From assembly GCA_951406725.2 (NCBI GenBank), contig OX597816.1, positions 166,594,001-166,658,000 on the forward strand: a stretch of DNA of 64,000 bases, in the 5' to 3' direction. The stretch's first letter is position 1. Each line of letters begins with the position of its first letter. Of this stretch, positions 39,150 to 52,669 are shown piece after piece. The DNA comes from Octopus vulgaris (lineage: Eukaryota). Made by a program: the position numbers and the translations under genes. Below the pieces are notes generated by a model. The model made no database searches, was not told the DNA's origin, and saw only the letters and a program-made list of their open reading frames with translations.

Positions 39150-39926
39150 TTAAATAGGGGTAGAAATTGATATTAATCAATTAAAACCAGTGGTTTAGCA
39201 TATTTTTTTTTAAATCCGAAGATTAAAAATTGTTTTACATACAAAATTTAGAGGACTGACTACTAAAAGTGGACAACCTATATGCTAAACATAGACGTCA
39301 AATCGCCATTACCACGAAGAATGTGTTCTCAAGAAAAATCTCAGCAAAAAAAAAAAAAATGTAAAAATAAGCAAGACAAATGAAAATATACCAAATAATG
39401 GTAATGGCGATTTGACGTCTATGTTTAGCACATAGGCTGTCCACTTTTAGTGGTCACTCCTCTAAATTTTGTATGTAAAACAATTTTTAATTTTCAGATT
39501 TTTTTTAAATATATGCGCTCTTCTTTGCACTCCGTCGGTTACGACGACGAGGGTTCCGGTTGAACCGAATCAACGGAACAGCCTGCTCGTGAAATTAACG
39601 TGTAAGTGGCTGAGCACTCCACAGACACGTGTACCCTTAACGTAGTTCTCGGGGATATTCAGCGTGACACAGAGAGTGACAAGGCCGGCCCTTTGAAATA
39701 CAGGTACAACAGAAACAGGAAGTAAGAGTGAGAGAAAGTTGTGGTGAAAGAGTACAGCAGGGATCACCACCACCCCCTGCCGGAGCCTCGTGGAGCTTTA
39801 GGTGTTTTCGCTCAATAAACACTCACAACGCCCGGTCTGGGAATCGAAACCGCGATCCTATGACTGCGAGTCCGCTGCCCTAACCACTGGGCCATTGCGC
39901 CTCCACAAATATATGCTAAGCCACTG
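39150..39926. mobile_element. Fold-back element (arms about 39189-39314 and 39398-39926), right arm split by a SINE; relative at 56664-57070
   Basis: Arms are mutually reverse-complementary, and the left arm plus spacer aligns with 56664-56900. Confidence 0.8.
39517..39906 (-). mobile_element. SINE family C variant with 10-bp TSD
   Basis: aaatatatgc at 39507-39516 and 39907-39916. tRNA-like head ggcgcaatggcccagtggttagggcag..ggtttcgattccc, also seen at 60255-60430. Confidence 0.9.
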
Positions 39927-40668
39927 TTAATGGTGATTTGACGTCCCAGTACGGCTGCAATCCAATGACGGAAGCAAGTAACAAATAGCTCTATGATTGC
40001 TGATTATTCATACACATTCATTCTTTGACTGCTATTTCTAAATCGTGTCACGCTAAATCACAGTGATTGACTACGTTAGACATACAGCGATACAAACAAG
40101 TGTGCAATTTGCATCAAAAGCTAATTTAAGAGTTTCTCTCTGCATTATAGTTTGTTCTTACAGAATATTCACGTTTAAATGGGAATAAATATGACCTCGT
40201 GTAAGACAATCTGATTAACGATGTTTCAGTCAACAGCTGCTACTCTGTTGGTCAAGCAACCTTGTTTGTTTCTAGTTAACAATGAATCTTTTCACTTCGT
40301 CTTGTCTCTTTGAAATACAGGCTCTCCATTATGTATTACAAAAGACTTGCAACGCAACACTACTTTATCCTTGGAAAATTAGAAAATCTCTGATACAATA
40401 TATCTTCAGACATCTGCTTCTCATTAACTAGGGAAAGAACAATTGTCGAAACAGAAAAGTAAGAAATGTGTACCTCTGAGAAGGGTGAAGATGATTGATT
40501 GGTTCAGAAATATTGATTTCTAAATTAGCCACACGGTCAAAAATGTGTATGTCAGTCGGTACAATCAAGCTTAGATTCTGACGTTAAGCCTGTCCTAATG
40601 GTTTCGTAAGGAGAAAAACAATATCGGCAAAAGGTATCTTATCTGAAGCTGTTTGAACGCAGACAAAC

Positions 40669-40997
40669 TAGGTGCAAGCGTGACTATAAGGTAAGAAGTT
40701 TGCTTCACAACCATATAGTTCCAGGTTCAGTCCCACTGCGTCTTTTACTATCGCCTTGGGCCGTCCAAAGCTTTGTGAGTGGATTTGGTAGATGGAAACT
40801 GAAAGAAGCTTGACACACACGTGTGTGTGTTTGTATCTGTGCTTGTCACCCACTACCACTTGAAAAACTGGTGTTGGTGTATTTATGTCCCTGTGACTTA
40901 GCGGGATTTAAAAAGAATTAATACGGGATCGATTCACTCGACTAACAATTCTTAAAAGCAGTGCCCTAGCATGGCCGCAGACTGAAACCAGTAAAAG
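40669..40997 (+). mobile_element. SINE family A, diverged
   Basis: Head, body and tail are recognisable with deletions. Confidence 0.75.
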
Positions 40998-41010
40998 ATA
41001 AGAGAATAAT

Positions 41011-41353
41011 ATTTTCTACTCTAGGCATAAGACCCGAAATTTTGGGTCTTATGAAAGAATGAAAAGCAAAGTCGACCTCGGCGGAATTTGAACTCAGAAC
41101 GTAACGGCAGACGAAATACCTATTTCTTTACTACTCACAAGGGGTTAAACACAGATAGGACAAACAAGGACAGACAAACGGATTAAGTCGATTATATCGA
41201 CCCCGGTACGTAACTGGTCCTTAATTTATCGACCCCGAAAGGATGAAAGGCAAAGTCGACCTCGGCGGAATTTGAACTCAGAACGTAGCGGTAGACGAAA
41301 TACCGCTAAGTATTTCGCCCGGCGTGCTAACGTTTCTGCCAGATCACAGCCTT
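41011..41353 (-). mobile_element. SINE family B dimer with 17-bp TSD
   Basis: aaagataagagaataat at 40994-41010 and 41354-41370. Confidence 0.85.
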
Positions 41354-42017
41354 AAAGATAAGAGAATAATGTATAACACAACAGTGATGTCATACATCAT
41401 GAGAAAGTAAAAAGTAACCGTGAACGTTAATTTTCATAATAGAGAAAAAAAATCAGTTTTTGATCTAAAAACGACCTTTAAAATGTGGTAAAACTATAAA
41501 ATCCGGAAGTTAACTCATGCTGACTTGAGTCAACGGGAGTTATTTAGTCCGATAATGATTTTCAAAGTTAACTTAAAAGTTAAATCATTAACGAAAATGT
41601 TAACTTTGTTAATTAACGGTTAACGGATCAACGGTCTGCTAAACACACTAAGTTCCTTTTGGAGATGTCACAGCATGTGGCATTCCAGATGAGGAGGAGG
41701 CCAACCATTACGGAAGCGTAAAATTATCGAACCGTCAGGCCTTTTACCCTCCCCTCAGTCTCGCGCCGCTGGCTCGAACTGGGAAAGGAAACCTGTGGCG
41801 TCTAAACCATGCTTTATGATTTCATTGAGAGCAGAATGGTTTAGAAGGCGGCCAGCACTATAATGGTATCTTGTCTTGTCCGATCCTTATTTTCGCCAAT
41901 CTACAAAAATTAAATCGAGAAATATGAAGAGATTAAAAACTCTGAAGAGCATGAAAGCAGTGGTTCATGTATTTTGTGTGAGCTGGTGAAAAGGTAAGAA
42001 AAATGGTTGCTTAAAAG

Positions 42018-42298
42018 CGAGAGAGGAGAGAAAGGCAGACAGAGACAGATAGGTGGACACAGAGAGACAGGCAGACACGGAGAGACAGGCGGACACAGAG
42101 AGAAAGACAGAGAGAGAGACAGACTAACAGAGAGAGAGAGAGAGCGACAGGCAGACACAGAAAGACAGGTAAACACAAAGAGACAGGCGGACATAGAGAG
42201 ACAGACAGGGAGAGACAGAGAGACAGACAGAGAGACAGACAGACACAGAAAGACAGGCAAACACAAAGAGACAGGCGGATACAGAGAGACAGACTAAC

Positions 42299-42335
<37 letters not shown>

Positions 42336-42397
42336 GACTGGAAGACAGAGACAGAGTGAGGGGTAGACAGAGAGAGAAGGAAAAGAGAAACAAAGAG
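42018..42397. repeat. Degenerate (GACA/GA)n low-complexity tract
   Basis: Direct reading. Confidence 0.9.
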
Positions 42398-42775
42398 ATC
42401 AGTATTGAGTTCTGGGGATTATGTGGCTAAGCAGGGGTTCGATAAACACCTGAAATTTTTTGAGCAGTAAGGGTGCTGAATTATTATCAGTAAACTGAAT
42501 CTGGAAGAGTGTGTGTAATTTAAGGCCGAAACCCAATAATTTCCTGCCAAATATTAATGCAATTACACCTATTCACCAAACACATATTTCGCATTAAATA
42601 TTCTGAATATATCAATAAAATATTACTTAATATTTATTGTTCTTTATCAGTCTCTGTAACTAGTTTCATTAAATTTCTTTGAATATTTTTTATTAAAACC
42701 GTTAATAACACAAATGTACGAAGGAATTATTGTGGTGAAATCAAGATTTTTCTTTTTTTTTTATCAAATATTTTT

Positions 42776-43640
42776 TCCTTGTTTCAGTCATTAGACGGCA
42801 GCCATGCCTTGAAGAACACCGCATTGAAGAATTTTTAATCGTGCGAATCGACCCTCGTTCTTGATATTTTTTGTTGAGTCTAGTACTTATTCCATTAGAC
42901 CTTTTTACCCAAACTGCTAAGTTACAGGGTCGTAAACACACCAACATGCGTTAACAAGCGATGGTGGAGGACAAACACAGACAATAACACACGCATGCAC
43001 ACACTAACATAAATACACGTATGCTGTTACGTTCTGAGTTCAAATTCCACCGAGGTCGTCTTTGCCTTTCACCCTTACGGGGTCGATACCAGTTGCGTAC
43101 TGGTGTCGATCTAATCGACTGCCCCCACAAAAAAAAATATATATTCGGGCCTTGTGCCAAGAGTTGAAAAAAAATCATTAGCGCATTGGACAAAATGCTT
43201 CAAGGCGTTTCTTCTGGGTCTTTATGTTTTGAGTTCAAATTTCGCCGAGGTCCAATTTGCCTTTTATCTTTTCGAGGTCGATAAAATAAGTCCGAGTTGA
43301 GCACTGGGGTCGATAGAATCGATTAGCCTCCTACCGCAAAATTTCAGGCCCGGCTCCTACTGTAGAAAGAATTATTATTAAGGCAGCGAGCTGGCAGAAT
43401 TGTTTGTGTGCCGAACAAAATACTTAGCCCCAAGTGGGTAGTAAATAAAAATAGGTAATTCATCTGTCGCTACGTTCTGAGTTCAAATTCCGCCGAGGTT
43501 GACTTTGCCTTTCATCATTTCAGGGTCAATAAATTAAGTAACAGTTACGCACTGCGGTTGATGTAATCGACTTTATCCCTTTGTGTGTCCTTGTTTGTCC
43601 CCTCTATGTTTAACTCCTTGTGGGCAATAAAGAAATAAGA
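42776..43640. mobile_element. Cluster: partial SINE-A (-) followed by three SINE-B pieces (+)
   Basis: Repeated ttctgagttcaaattc..cgagg cores at about 43031, 43227 and 43475. Confidence 0.8.
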
Positions 43641-44244
43641 ATGTTCTAGTTTATTTGAACACAGTCACCGGGTACTGCGAATACTCAGTAAATAACCATG
43701 CACCATGATTTTACTAAATGATTTCGGTATTTGTGTAGTGGCGGGCAGACACAGACACTGTCTCGGCTCTCCAACCTTTAACCGACTAAAATATAACTGC
43801 TGAGCGGAGAGACTGCTGCACTATCAGTCGGTTGATGCTTATTTCGACCGAAGAAAGTAACGTAAAAAGACTTGGATTAATCAAAGACATAACATGCCTC
43901 CCAGTCTGGGAATCGAAACTAAGACTTCATGAGCTGAATATCCTAGACACTCGACCTTTCACCTTGACATGATATTTTTGTAAAATAACTAAAAGCAGCT
44001 ACAAATAACAAATAACAAAAAACGGCAAAAATACAAAAAAAGTTTATAGCTAATAACATTAGGTTGACATTCAACGAAAAACGTCGAGAGTAAAAGTTAT
44101 TACGTTTTGGACATAGTTCTTCTTCGGATACTAGAGTAAAGTCCAGGACAAACTGGAAATAGAAAAAGAGACGAAAAGGAGTTTAAAAAATGGGAGAAAG
44201 CCATGAAAAATACTTATTTTTCTTTTCTTTTTTTTTTTTTTTAG

Positions 44245-44565
44245 TTTCAGCTCAGGGCTGCGGCCATGCTGATGCAACGCCGTTTTGCTACACTGTTATT
44301 ACTAAGAGCCTCCTCTAATATGTGGCACTTGGTGAAGAATGGAGTTTGATATAGCTACCTTCATTTGCACCTCTTGCCGTGAGGTAGGTTCATCTGGGAC
44401 TCTCGACAGGAAGAGGTCCAGCTTTGATTTAAAAACCGCTATATCTACTTTGTGCAAGTTCCTCAGACTCTTTGGGAGAATATTAAAAAGCTGTGGGCCC
44501 TTGAAACCCAGGCTGTTGCAGTAGCTGGTCCTGAAGCGTGATGGCATTGCTGGGATCTTTGACAC
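44245..44565 (-). mobile_element. CR1-type LINE 3' end
   Basis: NSLGFKGPQLFNILPKSLRNLHKVDIAVFKSKLDLFLSRVPDEP, then the shared tail and an A-rich end. Confidence 0.85.
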
Positions 44566-44975
44566 GTATGTGGATTAGGTTCACATGTTCGACCGCTTTT
44601 GTAATATTTATGGATACTAACATACGTCTAGCTCAAGGGAATGTAGTTGTTTTATTTATCTGTAAATATTTCCAGCGTCCAAGATTCTTTATATTAGTTT
44701 CATCTGATTTTTAACCTCGATAGTTTAAAATATTGTTTGATACGTCTGAAGTACTGATGTACTGAATAGTTATTAGATTTAGATTGAAAGTCTTCAGTCA
44801 TGTATGTTTATTCTATTAGAATTGACTGGCTCGATGTTAACAAAAACTCGAGAGTTAAAATAGATCGAATGGTTACAACTGGAACGTCTTTGGTCAACAC
44901 TGGCTGAGGTTAATCTATAACAATTGTAGCGTTGAGAAATAGGTTGAATGGTCAAAAATGAAACGTTTTTGATCA

Positions 44976-45389
44976 TACTCTTTTACTCTTTTACTTGTTT
45001 CAGTCATTTTGACTGCGGCCATGCTGGGGCACCGCCTTTAGTCGAGCAACTCGACCCCGGGACTTATTCTTTTTGTAAGTCCAGTACTTATTCTATCGGT
45101 CTCTTTTTGCCGAACCGCTAAGTAACGGGGACGTAAACACACCAGTATCGGTTGTCAAGCAATGCTAGGGGAACAAACACAGACACACAAACACACACAC
45201 ATACATATATATATATACATATATACGACAGGCTTCTTTCAGTTTCCGTCTACCAAATCCACTCACAAGGCATTGGTCGGCCCGGGGCTATAGCAGAAGA
45301 CACTTGCCCAAGATGCCACGCAGTGGGACTGAACCCGGAATCATGTGGCTGGTTAGCAAGCTACTTACCACATAACCACTCCTGCGCCT
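44976..45389 (-). mobile_element. SINE family A, full length
   Basis: Very similar to 17829-18241. Confidence 0.9.
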
Positions 45390-45926
45390 TTAGTTTAATC
45401 TTTTTTTACACTGACTTGGGTTAAACAACGGAACATACAGCTGTATCGATTAAAACTACGTTAACGAAGACAAATTTTGTGTTCGATAATTTGCTTTTAA
45501 CTGTGGGCGAGATATTGAATGATTGCTCAGTCTCCCATGCTCACAGCTCACAAAATATATTGCAGCTGATACCGTATTGTTGAACGATAAATATCGAACG
45601 TGTTTCTCTAATTCTTTTACAAACTCAATTAGAGCGTGATAGCTTCACAAATATAAATAACTGTGGAGACAATTTCAAAATAAACAAGGACTAAATACCC
45701 GAAAATTGATCATTGATTTCTATAAATAATGTATTTAATGCAATGCACATAAACCTAAAAGCGGCCACTAGAGCGCTACATCTGGCCAACGAGGCAGTTT
45801 TTTTATGGCATGTCAATGTTGATTTGTTTGTAGTTAGTTATGTGTTGAGCTCTGTTGAAGTAGATTCTTTTTTTCTCTCGCTCTTTCTTTCTGTCTGTCT
45901 CTCTGACTCTCTTTCTTTCCACCACC

Positions 45927-46009
<83 letters not shown>

Positions 46010-46593
46010 TTTCCTCTTTCCCATCTGGAAGAAATCGACTGAAGTCAGACCTTGAGAGGAATTTGCTGTCAGATCCAGGTCTAAAACGACAGGTCATATG
46101 TCTTGACGATGCCTCTACAACTCTGTCAAGAAGTTGACGACCGAAGATAAGGCAAGGCAAATATATAATACTGCCTATGCACTTAGTACGTAGGCACCAC
46201 AACCATAACGTGTACTGTCGAAGATTGTATCACGCTGATAAGGTCAGAATAATACGGAAACGTGTCTAGAATTAACTGTCATGCTTGCCACATATTTATT
46301 TAGAATTCATTTAAAAAATTCTCTGTGAATTACCATAAATAGATTAAAACTAAATATCACAATAAACACAAACTAAAACAAATATCTTTGAAATTAAGCA
46401 AATCTTAACATTATCAATATCCGTTCCTTCATAAAACCCACAGAAAGCTACCATTCATTGCAAAAAGCTCTAACAATCCACCAGCCTTCATTAAAATGGT
46501 AGTTTAAAATATCGACATATACCGATTGTCATCGGATCGTCCTGGTACTATAGGGATGGCCTGTTGCTAAGTAGTTTCAAGGGCAAAATTTAA

Positions 46594-47004
46594 TACTCCT
46601 TTTACTTGCTTCAGTCATTTGACTGTGGCCATGCTGGAGCACCGCCTTTAGTCGAGCAAATCGATCCCAGGACTTATTCTTTGTAAGCCTAGTACTTATT
46701 CTATCGGTCTCTTTTGCCAAACCGCTAAGTTACAGGGACGTAAACACACCAGCATCGGTTGTCAAGCGATGTTGCGGGGGACAAACACAGACACACAAAC
46801 GTATACACACACATACATATATATACATATACATATATACAACGGGCTTCTTTCAGTTTCCGTCTACCAAATTCACTCACAAGGCTTTGGTCGGCCCGAG
46901 GCTATATTAGAAGACACTTGCCCATGGTGCCACGCAGTGGGACTGAACCTGGAACCATGTGGTTTGTAAGCAAGCTACTTACCACACAGCCACTCTTATG
47001 CCTA
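46594..47004 (-). mobile_element. SINE family A, full length
   Basis: Colinear with the other copies. Confidence 0.9.
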
Positions 47005-48479
47005 TACTTAACGTATATCACAATTAATGAAAACTCATATCGGAAACACGAAATAACACAGCTTACCTCATTTCAGTTTTGATACTAGAAAAATCTAGTA
47101 GTTTTTCCACTTTAATAAATACACTTCAACAATCACGGTACTATGAAATACTTAGCAGAAATGTCTTTATACCAAGCTACAAATTTATATTTAACTTCGC
47201 TTTAAATATAAAAAACATCATCGCCCAAAACATATCAGCCCTCATTAGCCTTAGTTCCCTCAGTATGTAACTTCATGCACCCTCAATATAGTCCGCTCGA
47301 CCCTTTATTTTTCAAGACATTAGTCGCATACCATATAGATATTTTTCAAAGCAGCGCAACACAGTTAATTATCACATCGGCCTAACCTACACTCAGTTTT
47401 TACCTCAACATTGACACCTTCAGGTGTGTCATCAGAGATCAAACACCAGCTCGTCTTAGTACAGGTGGTGACTTAAGGGTCAACAGAACACCAGCAACAT
47501 CAAGTTGCCTCATTTGAAGATGAAGTGACCAATATCTCAAGCCGTCTACGTGTAGGTTAGCATTTACATATGCCCAATTTCCTAGACCTGTATGTTTCAC
47601 TGCGCTGCCATTGCCACAGGGCTTCTGTTTTTTGGTATGTCCACATAACACTCCGAGAATCCAAGAAGTTACCGTGTGAATTTGTTTCTAGTGCATAAAG
47701 TGTACGCTGCACTGAACCAAATTTTCATCGTATTTCAACTATAATATCAGTGGCACTTCATGTTCTTTATACGTGCTTATCTTTCTGCAGAAGGATGCTC
47801 TAAAGAGAACTAGAGGTCCTTCATTCCAAGTAGTCAGGAGTCTCTCATTCCCAGCTATTGGATGACCGATGACTCTACGGAGTTCATCCGTCCCTTCACA
47901 GGTTTTGCTTTATATTATTTATTAATAATATAAATTTTAGTTCATAGATAAATTAAATATAGAGGTATGCTATTGACAATGCAATAATTTATTTATATCA
48001 CAATATTACATTAAATACTATGAATATAATATAACATAACATAATATTATATAACAAATAATTATGAAAACTATAAAAGGCCAACAAATTGTTTCGACAT
48101 ATATTTTTTCTGATATTCATAATCACGGTTCCATTATTTATAAAGTCACTTCATGGTCATGGTTTAGAAAAAGACGAAATTCCGTGTGAAAGGACGGGCG
48201 AATTGTAAAAATTAATTCAAATGTCTATGTATTATGAGCGTGAGCGTAAACTATTCAATGACACATCAATTACGATGAAAAAACAACAAAACATTATAAC
48301 AGATGATAAAATCAAGTGCAATCCACAACCATCGAAATTCACTTCATTTCATCTCAAACTCATACCGACTGAAACCCTTTCATGTCCAAGATAATTGCTT
48401 GTCACCACTACATACAACAATAAGAATGTGTGTATATAAATGTATATAATTAAGTATCCAAGTCTTCTCCTACGTATAG

Positions 48480-48800
48480 GAGCACTCCGTCGGTTACGAC
48501 GACGATGGTCCCAGCTGATACGATCAACGGAACAGCCTGTTCGCGAAATTAACGTGCAAGTGACTGAGTACTTCACAGACACGAGTACTCTTAACGTAGT
48601 TCTCAGGAAGATTCAGCGTGACACAGAGCGTAACAAAACCGGCCCTTTGAAATACAGGTACAACTCATTTTTGCCAGCTGAGTAGACTGGAGCAACGTGA
48701 AATAAAGTGTCTTGCTCAAGGACACAACGAATCGCCGGGAATCGAACTCACGACCTTACGATCGTGAGCCAAATGCCGTAACCACTAAGCCACGTGCCTA
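48480..48800 (-). mobile_element. SINE family C, full length
   Basis: Reverse-complement match to 18397-18724. Confidence 0.9.
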
Positions 48801-48835
48801 CGTATAACTGCAACAAAAATATATAAACAATTACG

Positions 48836-48837
<2 letters not shown>

Positions 48838-48877
<40 letters not shown>

Positions 48878-48948
48878 ATATTTATATTTATGTATGTATG
48901 TATATCAATATATATATTTATGTATATATATATACATACATAAATATA

Positions 48949-49012
<64 letters not shown>

Positions 49013-49087
49013 ATATTTATATTTATGTATGTATGTATATCAATATATATATTTATGTATATATATATACATACATAAATATAAATA

Positions 49088-49121
<34 letters not shown>

Positions 49122-49189
49122 ATATTTATATTTATGTATGTATGTATATCAATATATATATTTATGTATATATATATACATACATAAAC

Positions 49190-49243
<54 letters not shown>
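48838..49243. repeat. Higher-order TA-rich tandem repeat (3 units)
   Basis: tcaatatttatatttatgtatgtatgtatatcaatatatatatttatg recurs three times between (TA)n runs. Confidence 0.9.
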
Positions 49244-49245
<2 letters not shown>

Positions 49246-49418
49246 CGTTCATAAATTCCTTTTGCAAGATTCCTGGTGTGAAATCGTGTGTTGAAACAGA
49301 TATTGTTGTATTTCGGGACGGTCACTTTTTCTTTTGCCAAATAAACACACGCACTAGACTGCTTTTCTTCACTCGTTTATTACTGTCCTTATTTTATTGT
49401 TCTAACTCATGGCCATAG

Positions 49419-49456
49419 TTTGGAAATTTTTCGTCACACATCTGTGACCTCTTCAG
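49419..49456 (-). ncRNA. Hammerhead core with 5' strand of stem I lost
   Basis: Minus strand CUGAAGA-g-GUCAC-agaugu-GUGAC-GAAA-AAUU-UC^. The upstream side is replaced by (TA)n. Confidence 0.6.
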
Positions 49457-49735
49457 ATATATATATATCTATGGGGTATTTTGGGTATACACTCTCTGGT
49501 CTATATTAACACTTATTACGGAATTCTCCCTGCGATAAATTAAATAAAGGGACTACGGTATTATCACCCCGAGACAATAGTAAATATAGAAAATTATCAT
49601 TAGTTAATGTAAACAATAATTTTTTTTAACACCAATTAATTTAAATAGATAAACGAGTTATTGTATTGAAGATGTAATTGTTTATATATTTTTGTTGCAG
49701 TTATACGTAGGCACGTGGCAGTGGTTATTTATATT

Positions 49736-49778
<43 letters not shown>

Positions 49779-49791
49779 GTAAAGCAAGATA

Positions 49792-49827
<36 letters not shown>

Positions 49828-50445
49828 AGAGAGAGAGAGAAAGTAAGACAGACAGACAGACAAACGCATTATATATATATATATGCGTGTATATATGTAT
49901 ATGCTTGTGTGTATATATATGTACATATATGTGTGTTGTGTGTATATGTGTGTGTATTTGTGTGTGTGCTGGTGTGCATGTGTGTATGCATACACACAGA
50001 CATACCAATATTTGTTCTTATGTTATAAAACCAACTTTTGCACGTAACTGAAAGATTACTCAATTCGTTAGGTAAAGTTGCAAATATATTTTTGTTTAAC
50101 AAGAATTGTATTGACAGTGACTTCGAAGTTACAGCCAGCCAAGGCATCATATATCATAATAAAGTATTTTAAAAGTAATACTGCTGAATTTTAGCATTAT
50201 CTTTCTAGACTGCTTATGAAGGATTGTCAGAATTGGTAGGGAGTCGGGCATATATCTTCAGTATTTTTAGTTCTGAGTTCAAATCCCGGCAGAGTCGAAC
50301 TTTGTATTTCATCTTACATGGCTTGATGAAATAAATACATTTTAAGTTGTGTAGTGCGGTTCGATTTAATAGTCATTTCTGCCCGACAAAGAATTTATGA
50401 GGTTGCTCTTTTGTCAGAAATTATTATTCTTATTCAACAGAATAA

Positions 50446-50646
50446 GAGAGTCACTTTCTTTTTGTGCCTTATAATGTAACACACTCACCGGTGAAATTTC
50501 CACTTATTTCTTATCTTTATTTTCCTAAAATTTTCGTTGCGTCTTGCAACCTTTTCGAGAGTCTTAGGAAAATAAAAATAAGAAATAAGTGGAAATTTTA
50601 CCGTTGAGTGTATTACATTATAAGGCACAAAAAGAAAATGACTCTC
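50446..50646. repeat. Fold-back (arms 50446-50528 and 50564-50646) with a decayed hammerhead in the loop
   Basis: Arms of about 83 bp are reverse-complementary. The loop on the minus strand reads UCGAAAA-g-GUUGC-aagac-GCAAC-GAAA-AUUU-UA. Confidence 0.85.
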
Positions 50647-50810
50647 CCCAGACACAACAGAATATGTTTCAACACACGAACTCATATAAAGAATCTTGCA
50701 AACCAAATCCAAAAACGAAATATTATTCTTATATTCCATAACAAATTCTTAAGTAAAATTAATTGTTTTCTTTTTGTTCTTTTAGCTGAATCTGCCAAAT
50801 GTTAAAAACA

Positions 50811-50868
50811 ATGACTGTACCCTTTCTTCTCCTGGTCATTATGCTGCATTATGGCAATGCAGCTGAAG
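50811..50868 (+). CDS. Probable first coding exon (signal peptide) of a secreted or membrane multi-EGF protein
   Basis: Polypyrimidine tract plus AG at 50784-50785, context aaaacaATG, MTVPFLLLVIMLHYGNAAE, and phase-1 donor G|GTAAAC matching the downstream phase-1 exons. Confidence 0.7.
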
Positions 50869-51333
50869 GTAAACCGTCTATATTCATTTCTGTTTTCTAT
50901 TTTTTAGTCAGCACGTGACATATTTTCCCCTTTTGATAGACACAAATGTTAATTGTGTTTGAGGTTACATTGGATGATAAGTTAAACACACACCTAAATA
51001 AAATACAATTAAAAAAAAAACTCAACTACATTATACAATGAGACAAAATTTGTTTATTCAATTAACTTTTCACTCGTAATGGAAAAAGCCATTAACGTTC
51101 ATGATAAAACTTGCGAAAAGATGCAAGGGAGACAATCCCCAAAATCCGTATAGATTGAAAATTCAATGGAAGCATATAGACGAGAAAGGAGTTTGAACTT
51201 CGGTTTCGGTAATTACAACCGACGCTTAAGCCTAAATTAATAATTCGGATTTCAGAGTTGTCCCATTTCCTTGACAAGATTTATCATTTAGGTCCATATT
51301 TCTGTCCTTTCATTCACAACGGTGATTTTCAAC

Positions 51334-51549
51334 CAGTGGTTCTCAGCCATTTTTTGCCTATGGACTCCGTTGATCCCTATCTTACTCTGTTGGATCCCCA
51401 TAGACATTCCATATCTTTAAAAACCCCATTATATTTTTGATAATTAAATACTATTAGGAATTTTATTTCAAAAATTGTTAAAATACTTTTAATAACAAAA
51501 TTTTACGTGAACCCCTAAGTGTCATATAGACATCGGTTGACAACCACTG
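51334..51549. mobile_element. hAT (Charlie-like) MITE
   Basis: TIRs cagtggttctcagcc / ggttgacaaccactg and 8-bp TSD ttttcaac / ttttaaat. Confidence 0.75.
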
Positions 51550-52669
51550 TTTTAAATTATTTGTTGGGAGTCACTGTCATTATTAAATTATTTGTTAGAA
51601 GGATCGGTACATCAATTACATTAGCCCCCAACTTAACCATATATTCTTCATACAGTACCTATACAGTACTAACACCACCACCCCATTCAAAATTGCTTGG
51701 TCTGTGCCTTAACTAGAATCCGTCGTTCTTCACTTGCAACAGTGTTGAACTTACAGAATGGTTATAAAGTCAGAAAAAATTATATTCGGTATTTGTTCCG
51801 GCTTATTACGTTCTGTATTCAAATGCTGCCGAGCACAAAATATCTATTTCTTGATCAAATGTTGTCAATATTCCAATTTAGCTTGGGAAAGTAAATTTCA
51901 GCATTTCATACCAAATAGTCATCTCTCACTCTGTTAGAGGGAAAAAGTCCGATCCCCGTGCTGTAAACTATCAAATTGTACACCAAACAGTTCAGGTAGT
52001 TTCGAAGGCCACTGTTTCAGGATCAGGTTTTAGAAATTGCGGATTTGTCATACTTTATTCTGAACCTGATCTCCTGCCAACTGTCTGAGATCTTTCCTAA
52101 ATACAGGATATAAATATCGTACTAATGAGAAACGAGTCTCCAAGGACTTAAGTGTCTTGGATAAGGACACAACGCGCCAGGGATATCGAACTCACAACCT
52201 TATGATCGTGATCTGAATACCCTATCCACATGGCCACTCGCCTTCACTACAGGAACTATCATGAATATCTTTGATTACAGGCCTGCTGGATTAGATCTAG
52301 TCTCAAGCTAAACTACAACAAATGGGGGTGACCCTAATCCATTGGGTTTAGTAAATTATACTCCAACAAATAAACCAGCAGAAAGTGTGCAAAAATATTC
52401 TCATTATTCCTTACTTGAAGACGGCAAGCTGGCAGAATCGGACAAAGCACGTCCAACAAAATGCTTATAGAAATTTCATCCGGTTCTGAAGTTAAATTTC
52501 GATTTTATCGAGGTCGATAAAATAAATACCAGTTGAACAGTGGGGTCCATGTTATTGACGAACACTCTCTTTTTAAATTGTTGTCGTTGTGTCAAAAATG
52601 GAAGTTGCTATTCCATACTTGTATCAAATGGTGGATTTGCAGAATCGTTAGAGAGTAGAAAAGAATTCT

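Noticed and set aside
41405-41650. GTTAAC-rich segment resembling a MITE subterminal region
   Set aside because: Could not identify matching TIRs or a TSD.
41941-41960. CUGAAGA..GAAA (similar partial matches at 10261, 46235 and 59540)
   Set aside because: Stem II and/or stem I cannot form; chance core matches.
45761-45790. CTCF-like motif gcggccactagagcgctac
   Set aside because: It lacks two core G positions, and a single imperfect match is not supportable without ChIP or conservation data.
47405-47440. Minus-strand CUGAUGA followed by a hairpin
   Set aside because: No GAAA or NUH and no stem I; not a hammerhead.
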